A DNA stretch of 63,858 bases, the filler included, from Octopus bimaculoides (taxonomy: Eukaryota), in the NCBI RefSeq assembly GCF_001194135.2. It is 8 parts of 8 records of this genome, joined end to end, with 100 filler letters (N's around TTAATTAATTAA, not from the genome) between each part and the next. Parts side by side here need not be neighbours in the genome. Positions count along the whole stretch, not along the records: positions 1 to 14,723 come from NC_068984.1; 7 more parts are not named here. One strand, written 5' to 3'. The notes under the pieces are model-generated. The model saw only the letters and a list, made by a program, of their open reading frames with translations, made no database searches and was not told the DNA's origin. Numbering within the stretch: position 1 is the stretch's first letter; each line of letters begins with the position of its first letter. The position numbers were made by a program, and so were the translations under genes. This document shows positions 1 to 11,563 of this stretch, piece after piece.

Positions 1-32
1 ATATATATATATATAAACAGTATTCCAGTGTC

Positions 33-290
33 TGGCGACCCGTGGCCTTGTGGTTAAGATGTGGACCTCGTGATCATAAGATTGTGGTTTCGATTCCTGG
101 ACCGAATGACGAGTTGTGCTCTTGAGTAAAACAGTTCCTTTCACGTTGTTCCAGTCCACTCAGCAGGCAAAATGAGTAATCCTGCGACGGGCAAGGTCTT
201 GATCAGGTGGGGAAGACATACGCCTTGGAAACCGAGAAACCGGCCTATGAGTCTATGTGACTCGAGAACGAACTTTACTTTTACTTTCTT
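33..290 (+). mobile_element. tRNA-derived SINE, family C (V/Meta-like central motif)
   Basis: A-box-like TGGCCTTGTGG and B-box GTTTCGATTCC. Body TCACGTTGTTCCAGTCCACTCAGC...CCTGCGACGG. Short-repeat tail; homologous to 7599-7822 and 34202-34457. Confidence 0.8.
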
Positions 291-729
291 CCAGTGCTGG
301 TCAGATGTTGTGATGAGGAGTCAGCAACTAATGAGTACAGAAGTAATGTTTATCCTTGAAGAACCTTATTTCTAAGGCGGAAGTGCTAACATTGTTATGT
401 GTGAGGTTAGCATGAAAAATGCTCAAAGATTGTAAACCCCCAGCATTTGTATTGATTGTATAGTATTTTGGATATTTTTACTATGTTTTTTTTTTCAAAC
501 ATTGGAAGGATGTAAATCAGTTTGAAATGTGTCCGGGTGTTGTTCTAAGAAACCCTATTTATGTTAGAGATACGTGGATACGTGACTGCTCTAAAACTCT
601 TCCCTTTTTAGATCAGCTTATATTCTTACTTTAGGCCTAATGACTTTTATCAAGAATTGACAGTTAACATGAAGTAAAAAGCAACAGAAGTTAGTATTTT
701 ATGTCCGTATTGGGCTGAAATATTATAGT

Positions 730-1131
730 TAATGCGTCGGTCAAAACGTCGAGTTTTATTCCTTCTGACTCACTATGTTGACTTCAAATGCCACCGACTT
801 TAGTTTTGCCTTTCATCTCCCTGAGTTCGATAAAATAAAATACCAGTCAAGTACTGAGATCAATAGTATTTACCTAACACTTCCTCCCCTCAAATTTGTG
901 CTGAAATGAGAAACCATTATTTAAAAGGCTGAAAACAGGCAGAATTGTTAGCGCTTTGGACAAAACGCATCGTGACTTCTTTTTGTCCTGAGTTCAAATT
1001 CTACCGAGGTCCCTTCGCCTTTCCTCCTTTTTCAGTCAATAAATTAAATCAGCCGTCAAGTACAGGAGTCGATGTAATCGGCTTGCCCCTCCCATTAAAA
1101 ATTCCTGGGCCCGTACCAAAACTTAAAAAGA

Positions 1132-1164
<33 letters not shown>

Positions 1165-1690
1165 GGTTGTTTCTAGTTTAGATCAAATCCACCAGTTTGG
1201 GATTAGTCAACATCATCGACCCCGGAGGAATGAATGTCAAAGTTGACTTCAGCGGAATTGGAAATCGGAACGTAAATCTGTACTGCAAAGTATTTTTGAA
1301 TCATTTCTGTCGGCTCTTTACTTTCTGAGTTCAAATCCCACAGAAGTCACTGTGTCTTTCATTATTCCAAGGTTGTTAAATATGAAGAAACAATCAAGTA
1401 CGGGGAGAATATAGTAAGTACAGTGGAGTACTAAAATGAATCGAATCGGCTCTACTCTTCTCCAAAATATTGATTTTAAATTTTGATACAAGGCCAGCAA
1501 TTTTAGCGGGGTGGTAAGTTGATTACATTAAACCCCAGCGTTCCCCCGATACTTATTTTATTGACCCCTAAAGGATGAAAGGCAAAGTTTACCTTGGCAG
1601 CATTTGAACTCAGAACATTAAGACGAATGAAAGGCCAATCAGCGTTTTGTATGGCGTGCTAACTATATTACTACCATATTGCCTTAACAC
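730..1690. mobile_element. Cluster of 5 decayed SINE copies/fragments, family B (Deu/Nin-like domain), both orientations
   Basis: Recurrent GAGTTCAAAT...TTTGCCTTTCATCC...GATAAA.TAAGTACCAG motif at about 730-915(+), 935-1130(+, ATT tail), 1190-1320(-), 1320-1400(+) and 1470-1690(-). Confidence 0.75.
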
Positions 1691-2223
1691 CTCTCCAAAA
1701 TAACGTAATCTTGTCTCTATTTTTAGAATTAATTACTAATATAATTTAATAATTATTAATATAACTAGAGCGTCATCCACAATATGACAAGTAATTTTGG
1801 AAGTATATTTTTGCCAACGTATTCATATCAGGAAATATGGCATACGTACAGCACACAAATAATTATAATTTAAATTTTATCAATTTTCTTGGCGCTGATA
1901 CAAAATGATGAAATGAATACTAATTTTTAAAAGAAAATTATTTATTACCTTTAAAAAAATATAACAATAAATTTATCATCCGTATATTTGCAATAAATAC
2001 ATGTTATTAGTTTCCTACATTTTACCAACATAATTGCAATCTCCTCCATCGAAAAATCTATCTCTGCAAAATTTTATTAAAAATGTGTATTTTACAGAAA
2101 TACGTATTTGAGTCTTATATACATTTGTGTATAATACACTAATAGTACATGTTTTTGTTATCTTCTTCTCTATTTTACTCCCCCCTCTCTCTCTCCATCT
2201 ATCTTTATCTATCTATCTTTCCC

Positions 2224-2285
<62 letters not shown>

Positions 2286-2354
2286 GATGTGAAGAGTGAT
2301 CGACGAAATAAGTCAACCAACAACTCAATGTTTACATCAATAATTTTACAGTTT

Positions 2355-2740
2355 TGCGTTTTGAGTTCAAATTCTGCAGAGATTGACTTTGCCTTTCATC
2401 CTTTCGGGTTCGACAAATTAAGTACCAGTTGCGCATTGGGGTAGATATAATCGATTGGCCCCCTCCCCAAAAATTTCGGGCCTTGTGCCTAGGGTAGAAA
2501 AGATTATTTTATAGTTTTAAGGCAGTGAGCTGGCGGAATCATTAGCACGCCGGGCAAAATGCGTGACATCATTTTGTCCTTCTTCACGTTCTCAGTTCAA
2601 ATTCCTCCTAGGTTGACTTTGTCTGTCATCCTTTTGAGTCGTTAAAATAAGTACCAGTTGAATAAACATTATGGTCGATATAATCGACTCATCCTCTCTC
2701 CAGGAATTGCTGAACCTTTGCCAAAATTTGAAACCAGATT
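2355..2740 (+). mobile_element. Two tandem family B SINEs
   Basis: GTTCAAATTC...GACTTTGCCTTTCATCCTTTCGGGTTCGACAAATTAAGTACCAGTT; second copy starts GGCAGTGAGCTGGCGGAATC at about 2521. Confidence 0.85.
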
Positions 2741-2937
2741 TCATTTTTGAATCCTTTGTGCCATACTATCTAGTAAATATGATCTGTTAAATTCCTCTAA
2801 TTTGTGTGAGAGTAATCTGGTAAATAGTGAGTGTACTGTGACCGTCCTCGAAGAGTAGATTTAGTAGTGTTCATTCATCATCAGGTTTAGTACGAATAAC
2901 ATTAGCGGAGGTAACTGTTTATAAACGTCCAGTTACA

Positions 2938-2979
<42 letters not shown>

Positions 2980-4556
2980 NNNNNNNNNNATATATATATA
3001 TATATATATAGTTAAGCGAGCGAATACTGTCTATGACCCTGTACAGGGTCCTCTGATGAAGAGAAAGAATAGATGAGAGGAAAGTATCCTCAAACCAAAA
3101 TCCTAATCATAATGCTTGCAACAGAACGGACTACGAAAAGCACCTAAAGTGTTAAGTGGTTATGTTAAACCGAATGACGAATTAAGTCTACCACCCATAT
3201 AGGCTATAATAGGATTTGAGCTCAGAACAGAAAAAGAGCCGAAACAAAATATGTTTGATGAACAGTAGTCATTACATCTATATCTGACAGGAAATTATTG
3301 AGTCTTAAATTACTGCGCTCTTCCAAATTCAGTTCGCTAATAATTCAGCACTCTTAATGATCAAAAACGTTTCAGGTACTTATTGATTACTTAGAGAGAC
3401 ACCTAAACCCTTCCAAGGTCAATATTGACTCCAACCCCAGTACTAATGTAATGAACATTACATCTTTAAATAAAGTGAAAATTTATTAGCCCTAATCATA
3501 ATTCTTGACTACAGCGTCAAGGATGACAACTCCAGAATATATATATTGACTAAAATTTTAATAGAAAGCATACCGAGAAGAATGAGTCTGTGTTCTTGAC
3601 AAAATTTTTCCTTGCTTTTCTTCGTATATCTTACAAATCACAGCCTATGGCTCTGCTGACAAGAAGGTCTCTTTGCAGATATGTGGTTTCAGATTAAGTT
3701 ATATTGCGCAGCAGGTCGACCAGTATCTTGTGAGACAATTTGGCAGACCGAAGCTGTAGAAGCTCATTGTGTGTGTGTGTGTGTGTGTGTGTGTNNNNNN
3801 NNNNNNNNNNNNNNNNNNNNNNNNNNNNNNNNNNNNNNNNNNNNNNNNNNNNNNNNNNNNNNNNNNNNNNNNNNNNNNNNNNNNNNNNNNNNNNNNNNNN
3901 NNNNNNNNNNNNNNNNNNNNNNNNNNNNNNNNNNNNNNNNNNNNNNNNNNNNNNNNNNNNNNNNNNNNNNNNNNNNNNNNNNNNNNNNNNNNNNNNNNNN
4001 NNNNNNNNNNNNNNNNNNNNNNNNNNNNNNNNNNNNNNNNNNNNNNNNNNNNNNNNNNNAATATTCTGAGATGTTGAAAATTTACCGATACTTATTATGT
4101 CAACTCTTTCACCTAGTTGCTTCCATATTATTAAATGTTTTTGTAAATAATGTATTTTCTTCTTAATAGAAAAAAAGTTAGCAGGAAGGACAGGTCTTAG
4201 TGTACATTCAAACTGTGTATATTTTGTCATGTGTGTCGAATAATGGGAGTTCTCTTGGATCTGACTTTTATCACTGAAATCTAAACCTAAACGTCACATC
4301 TTTCAGCAGTTATCTTCTTGATACTGTTTAATCTCCGTGGCATCTCTGATCGAATTGAACTCCTGCAAACAGTTTAGTGATACTTCTAACAGATTCCTTA
4401 GTTGTAGATATAGCCTGTTTCCGCCCAATTGAAAACCATACAGCACAACCCGGGATATACAGTGATGGTTTTTATGTGATGCCGTGAGAGAGAACTCAGT
4501 CATATCGTATGGAGAGGCGGAAACGGGAAACTCTGAATAGCGACTCGAAAGAAACA

Positions 4557-4591
<35 letters not shown>

Positions 4592-5069
4592 CGTATTGGC
4601 TTGCTTAATCGTCAGATAATTATGTGTAATGTCTACTAATGAGATCTTTATGAATTTCTAATTAGTGCCTGACAGTAAATGTGATATAACTAATTATAAT
4701 TCATGTTAATATTAGAGATTTGCTACTTGTCATACAATCTAATTCCATGTAACTTTATATGAGATGTTCCCAAAAATATGTTGAATTGCAGTATTTAAAA
4801 AAAAACAGTATATAAACACTTCGTTCTATTTTTTTTTCTTTTTGTTGCTGTTAAATAATGTGTAATTCTCTCAACATGATAGGAATGTCTTTCAAAATAA
4901 CAGAATCTTTTCATGTTATCTTGATTTAATTACATGAGCGAACAGGACGTATGTCCAAGCCGATAAAATAATGGATAAAATAATTAGATGAGAACACGGC
5001 TTTTAATGTTTTGTTTCAGCTATTTGCAATGTATTGGGCTGTCAGATAAATTTGTTCGTGGAGGCGAAA

Positions 5070-5180
5070 ACATGGCTTGATAAATTTTTCGCGTCAACAC
5101 TGATTTCTGCCAGTGAGGCATTGACAAGCTAGTGGGATGTTGGCATGAAGTTGTGAACAATAAAGGAGATTATATTGGCT
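5070..5180 (+). mobile_element. mariner transposase C-terminal relic
   Basis: Translates, with one frameshift and a stop, to KTWLDKFFAS...DFCQ*GIDKLVGCWHEVVNNKGDYI. This matches the mariner C-terminal pattern FYxxGIxKLxxRWxKxxxxxGxY. Confidence 0.7.
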
Positions 5181-6214
5181 GGTTTGCTAAAATTGTTGAA
5201 AAATAAGGATTAAAATGATTGGGAAAAGCAATGAATTTACCTGACAAACCAATAATATATTTGAGAGTTATGGGTTTGTCAGGAGAAAGTGACAATGCTC
5301 CTGATCTTCGGATTTTCTTTTCGGAGACAATTAAGCTTAACATGATTGGCATTTAGTACGGAAATCTATATGTTGACGGCTGTTGTTAAAATTTTAAATA
5401 AAAGAAAGACATGGATCCAGATGTGTTTTTCGATGGTCTGACGTTTTGCAAAGAAAGAATTTGGAGAGTTTCTGAGTGCGGGGTCTGAGTGGAGTTACAC
5501 CAATAGAATTGATAAGAGGAAGCATGACTGCTGCATTGGGTAGGTACAGAGTGGAAGAAGTATATATCGAGCTATTTGAGAAGAAAAGATGCTGATGTAA
5601 TACCAAAGAATTAACAAAGTTCTTCTGTGGACTAAAGGCTGTAATGTTGTTGAATGAATATTTGTTAACCAATTGAGTGGCCTTCCTTGAAATATAATCT
5701 TAGATATCTCTCTGTGTATGTGTGTGTATGTATATGTGTATATGCATATGTATATGTGTGTTCTTAATAAATAAACTCCGATAACTGTTCTTTAGTCTTG
5801 ACAGCAACCAAAAAAATTTAAATTGCGAATATGTTTAAAGATCGCAGTTGATTTGAAAGCTGATCCTTTGTTTCTAACGGATTGGTTCTGATGACTATTC
5901 TTTCGATGTAATAGGTTTTTTGCCTCAGCAGTATGAGTAGATCAAAGCCTCTGGGAACCAATCAAAAGACCCATAGTTCATATCCCTTCAAAGGTCTAGT
6001 ACTGAGATCGTGATTAAGGCAACTCATAAAATGCCTGTGCTATAAGTACCATGGATGATACAACTCACTGTTGTAAAATGCAGGAGGGTTGTCTATTTGA
6101 CAAGTGTTTATGTCCAACTGATATGTCTTAGATACAACGCTATAAATCGTAATCTTTAAGTGACGTATTAATGCTTCAATGTAGAAGTCAAATGGTCGAG
6201 GGTATATCATATTG

Positions 6215-6590
6215 GACGACAAGAAGAAATATCTTAAATATCGAGAATAGATACTACATCAAGCTAAGGGATGGCACGCAGCCCCATTCCTTAATGAAGT
6301 CGACTGCTGCGGCTTTCCAGCTAGGTTCGAGCGCTGTTTCTCGCACCTAAATTGAAGAAAGCTACCAACTAGACATGGAGGGTAGCGAAAATCAGGTAGC
6401 GGACAAAAGACGGCAAGTGCAACTCCTCTTCCGTAGGTGAAAACTAGTTGAATCCTCGCTGCCCCATTCAGGCGAAGCGTACAGGCTAAGGGGCGAAATG
6501 CTAGTGACTCTGAGATATTTGATGACTATACGTTAGTGTTTCCGACAGTACAAAGGCTTCAGAAGAGCTTTAAGTACCTTTGAGTAGCTC
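6215..6590 (+). mobile_element. HERO-like (restriction-like endonuclease) non-LTR element, 3' relic
   Basis: KKKYLKYRE*ILHQAKGWHAAPFLNEVDCCGFP resembles KGWHAASFPTDVGCRCFP of the 59280-60100 copy. The two copies share a 3' UTR motif. Confidence 0.6.
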
Positions 6591-6828
6591 CNNNNNNNNN
6601 NNNNNNNNNNNNNNNNNNNNNNNNNNNNNNNNNNNNNNNNNNNNNNNNNNNNNNNNNNNNNNNNNNNNNNNNNNNNNNNNNNNNNNNNNNNNNNNNNNNN
6701 NNNNNNNNNNNNNNNNNNNNNNNNNNNNNNNNNNNNNNNNNNNNNNNNNNNNNNNNNNNNNNNNNNNNNNNNNNNNNNNNNNNNNNNNNNNNNNNNNNNN
6801 NNNNNNNNNNNNNNNNNNNNNNNNNNAC

Positions 6829-7017
6829 AGGAAGAAAGAGTGAGAGAAAGTTGGGGCGAAAGAGTATAACAGGGGTCGCCACCACCCCCTGCCGAGTCTC
6901 GAGCAGCTTTAGGTATTTTTGCTCAATAAACACACACAACGCCCGGTCTGGGAATCGAAACCGCGATCCTCCGACCGTGAGTCCGCTGCACTAACCACTA
7001 GGCCATTGCACCTCCAC
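6829..7017 (-). mobile_element. tRNA-derived SINE, family F
   Basis: Minus strand GTGGAGGTGCAATGGCCTAGTGGTTAG...GGTTTCGATTCCCAG (A and B boxes), with a body distinct from the other families. Confidence 0.75.
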
Positions 7018-7598
7018 CAAACGATTCATTGGTACTCATAAATCTAAGATTTCAACATGTATCTCCAAATAATGAAAGAACATTTATTATATTTTGATTG
7101 ATCAAGAACTGTTTGTGAAGGAAGTAGTAAGAAATTAGTTTTATTGTTCATTTTATTTTAACACGTATACCACATGAATTTATGCCATGTGTTTGTCACG
7201 TGTATTGGCCTGTATATGTATATTTGAGGCAACTGCTTTATAAAGACTCTCAGTTGAATAAATGGAAGTTGATTAATATATAAGTAGCAGTCTTGTTCTT
7301 TCTTGTCTTGAAGTGGACTGTAGATTTTTCAGGACAGAATAACTGGCTTCTTAAAAAATTGCCGAATCTTTGAGGAATTCCTGAAAAATACATCACACGA
7401 TAGTTTTATATCAATGTTTTACCAAATAGCTATGCGGATGTTCAGTAAACGTCTCTTATGTTATTTGTTGTTACATGTTTTATCTTCAATTGACATATTG
7501 TCATTTCTTCGTGGATCCAACATTCTAAGTTTCTACTGTCGGATTCTTACTGCAATACTAATCATTGAACAATTATTCTTTTTTTTATGTGCCCTTTT

Positions 7599-7822
7599 AA
7601 AGCCTGGTCAGGCTCATGGGCCCGGTTTCCCGGTTTCTATGGCGTATGTGTTCCCCCCAGCTGGACGGGACGCCAGTCCATCGCAGCGTTACTCATTTTT
7701 GCCAGCAACGTGAAATGAAGTGCTTTGCTGAAGAACACAACGTGTCACCCGGTCCAGGAATCGAAACCACAATCTTATGATCATGATGCTGACACCCTAA
7801 CCACTAATCCACGCGCCTCCAC
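7599..7822 (-). mobile_element. SINE family C
   Basis: tRNA head plus CTGCGATGGACTGGCGTCCCGTCCAG motif on the minus strand. Confidence 0.85.
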
Positions 7823-7928
7823 AATCATTGAACAATATTGAATGCTTATTAAACAATATCGATCTCCATTCTTACTGAAATTCAAACAATAGTTTTGTAG
7901 AAATGCTGTAACTGGCAAAAACAACGAG

Positions 7929-7944
7929 GGAGAATATATTTAAT

Positions 7945-8036
<92 letters not shown>
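7929..8036. repeat. (GT)n microsatellite
   Basis: Direct. Confidence 0.98.
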
Positions 8037-8040
<4 letters not shown>

Positions 8041-8752
8041 GAGCGTATACATATTTCTATATACATACATTCACTTGTTAGGAAATGTACTAGCTCCGTA
8101 GAACTCCAATGTTGACCACTCAAGCGTATATTGTAGAAGCAGGAGGGTAATTACACTTATGACGCTTTGAAACATCAAGTTTCAGCGACAAAGCGATCGT
8201 TTCGTTGAAATTAGCATTATAATGCTGTAGGTAAAGTTCTTGTAGCATATTACTGTTATTGTAAATGTGCCAATGTATATTATACCAATAGCAGTTATAT
8301 TGAACTTTCGACAACTGTAAACGAATCAACTTTTTTTTAAGTGTGCTTTATGCTTCATTAAGAAGTTACTAATAAACATTTTTGATCTATCACAAAAGCT
8401 ACTGCTCTCAATCTAAATAAGTAATGAACCTATATTGTTATCGATTAGAGGTTTGCTACTTGTCATATAATCTAACTCCATGCAATCTAAGATGGTTCTT
8501 AGATCTTTAGATCCTGCACAGGTCAACTTTGCCTTTCATCCTTTCGGAAAAGATAAAATAAAGTAGCTGTCAAGTGTGTTGGTCATTGTAATCGACTTAC
8601 ACTCTCCCCACAAAAGCTGCTGGTCCTTTGCCAAAGTTTGAAGCAATTTCGGCAAAACATTGGATTAGTATGAAAAAGTAGAGAGAGGAAAAGGAAATGA
8701 AAAAGAGGCGGACAGAGAGAGAGAGAGAGCAATTTATCATGGTATGAAGGTA

Positions 8753-9449
8753 CAGATGCAGGCATGGCTGTCTGGAAAGATGCTTGCTTCTCAATATGGT
8801 TTCGGGTCCAATCCCTTTGCGTGGTACCTTGAGCGTGTGTCTTTTACTATAGCCCCGAGCCGGCCAAAGCTTTGTTAGTGGATTTGGTTGAGAGAAACAA
8901 AAAGAGACCTGTCATGAATGTATACATGTATGTATGCATGTATATATGTATATATGTATATATACATGTATGTATGCATGTATATATATATATANNNNNN
9001 NNNNNNNNNNNNNNNNNNNNNNNNNNNNNNNNNNNNNNNNNNNNNNNNNNNNNNNNNNNNNNNNNNNNNNNNNNNNNNNNNNNNNNNNNNNNNNNNNNNN
9101 NNNNNNNNNNNNNNNNNNNNNNNNNNNNNNNNNNNNNNNNNNNNNNNNNNNNNNNNNNNNNNNNNNNNNNNNNNNNNNNNNNNNNNNNNNNNNNNNNNNN
9201 NNNNNNNNNNNNNNNNNNNNNNNNNNNNNNNNNNNNNNNNNNNNNNNNNNNNNNNNNNNNNNNNNNNNNNNNNNNNNNNNNNNNNNNNNNNNNNNNNNNN
9301 NNNNNNNNNNNNNNNNNNNNNNNNNNNNNNNNNNNNNNNNNNNNNNNNNNNNNNNNNNNNNNNNNNTACTGGGCTTTAAAAAAAATAAATACTACGGTGT
9401 CCCAGCATAGCTGCAGTCCAGTGACTGAAACAAGTAGTAACAAGGAAAC
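8753..9449 (+). mobile_element. SINE family A (CORE-like, bipartite with central microsatellite), spanning a gap
   Basis: Head GCAGGCATGGCTG...ACCTTGAGCGTGTGTC before the gap; tail CAGCATAGCTGCAGTCCAGTGACTGAAACAAGTA after it. Confidence 0.7.
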
Positions 9450-10025
9450 TTAAATACACGTTTCTTGGATGTCTTTTGTTTTTTAAAAGCAATGTTTTTC
9501 TAAATGTATTTCGTGCCTTCGCAATTCCTTGTTTTAATTTAAAGGAAATTAGATTTATTCCGAAGCTGATAATATTATTTATCACCACTCAAAACGATTT
9601 CAGTTAAAGCTTATAATCAGTTAGCAACTTTTAAATAAGCGGATTCGGTTTTTTTTTTGGGGGGGGGGTTCTAATTCGAAACCAAATTTTGATGCTAAGG
9701 AAAGATTTCTCAGTTGTTTTTATTATTATAGATTGTGATTTTGAAACTAGTTTTTTACTATCATGGGTAACATCAAAGACTATGGCATACATACAATGAC
9801 TATAGTTTAACTTTTATGAGACTTCTTTATTTTTTTTTACAAAATGATGAAATCAATACTAATTTCCAGAAGAAAAATATTTATTACCTTACAATAATAT
9901 TACATATAGCAAACTTTTCGTTTCTATAAACCCCCTCCCAAATCACTCCGTCATTTACTCCCTCTGATCGTCTTCCTGCCACCAAGCCTAGCATGTGCAC
10001 TTATCATGTATCCCTTATGTTAACT

Positions 10026-10074
<49 letters not shown>

Positions 10075-10154
10075 TTTCTATACGATATAAAGCATAACTG
10101 AAGAATCAACGAACCAACCAGCATTTTTATCGGCTATTATTATATAAAGATACA

Positions 10155-10805
10155 AGGCCGTGAGCTGGCAGAACCTTTAGCACGCCGGGCAATGTGCTTA
10201 GCAGCATCTCGTCTGTCATTAAGACATAATTTCAAATGTCCCCGAAGTCAACTTTACCTTCCATCCTTTAGGGTTCGATAAAATAAGTACCAGTTTAGCA
10301 CTGGGGTCGATGTAGTCATCTTAACCCCTCCCTCAAGATTGCTGGCCTTGTGCCAAAATTTGAAATTCTTTTATATAAAGATAAAAGGTGGTGAGGTGAC
10401 AGAACCGTTAGCACGCCGGACAAAGTGCTTAGCGGCATTTCGTCCGACTTTGCGTTCTGAATTCAAATGCCACCAATGTGGACTTTGTCTTTCATCCTTT
10501 GGGGGTCCGTAAATTAAGTACCAGTTTAATATTTGGGTCTATGTAATCATCTTAACCTCTTCCTCAAAATTGCTAATCTTGTGCCAAAATTTGAAACCAT
10601 TATATACAAAGATATTGGTAAAAGTCATGAAATCCTAAGCCTAATAGATTTTTTCACTCTGAGTTCATATCCCGCTATCAACTTTGCTCTTCACCCCTTC
10701 GGAGTCGATGAGATAAAGTACCAGCCTAGTACTAAGGTTGATGGTAGTGACAATCCCATTCTACTTAAAGTCGGTGACCTTATGCCTAAATTAAAACCTT
10801 TATTA
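10155..10805 (+). mobile_element. Three tandem family B SINEs
   Basis: Heads at about 10155 and 10387 (GTGAGCTGGCAGAA / GTGAGGTGACAGAA); third partial copy from about 10660. Confidence 0.85.
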
Positions 10806-11218
10806 TACCAAGTATTTAAAGTACATATATTTTTTTTCCTAATCTAATAAGAAAGCTAATATTAGATAAAATATATACATTTTTTATTGCAAGATATTGC
10901 AATAAAATCACAACATCGTCTGAAAAATCGATATTATCGATTAAGAAATATTGAATAACATTTCTAAACTTATGAATAACTACTTTGTGACAGAACATTA
11001 AAAAACTGAATTATACAAATTGCGAACGATAGTTACAAAATGGTTTGATTCCCGAAGCTGTGATTTGATTTAATTTGTGCAAATAAAATTCAAAATTAGT
11101 TTATTTTTCGAAATTAAAATTTCATGCGTATATGTATCACCTAATAACTTTATCAGTACTGCAAGTGTTATTTATTTATATACATATTTATTTACTTTAG
11201 TAAGGTTAATTTTTGTTA

Positions 11219-11333
<115 letters not shown>

Positions 11334-11530
11334 GAGTGNNNNNNNNNNNNNNNNNNNNNNNNNNNNNNNNNNNNNNNNNNNNNNNNNNNNNNNNNNNNNN
11401 NNNNNNNNNNNNNNNNNNNNNNNNNNNNNNNNNNNNNNNNNNNNNNNNNNNNNNNNNNNNNNNNNNNNNNNNNNNNNNNNNNNNNNNNNNNNNNNNNNNN
11501 NNNNNNNNNNNNNNNNNNNNNNNNNNNNNN

Positions 11531-11563
<33 letters not shown>

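Noticed and set aside
3030-3100. Hairpin GACCCTG-TA-CAGGGTC plus CTGATGA and GATGA-GAGG...CCTC-AAAC hammerhead-like bits
   Set aside because: Core nucleotides are mismatched or out of register, with no helix I/III partner; at best a badly decayed relic.
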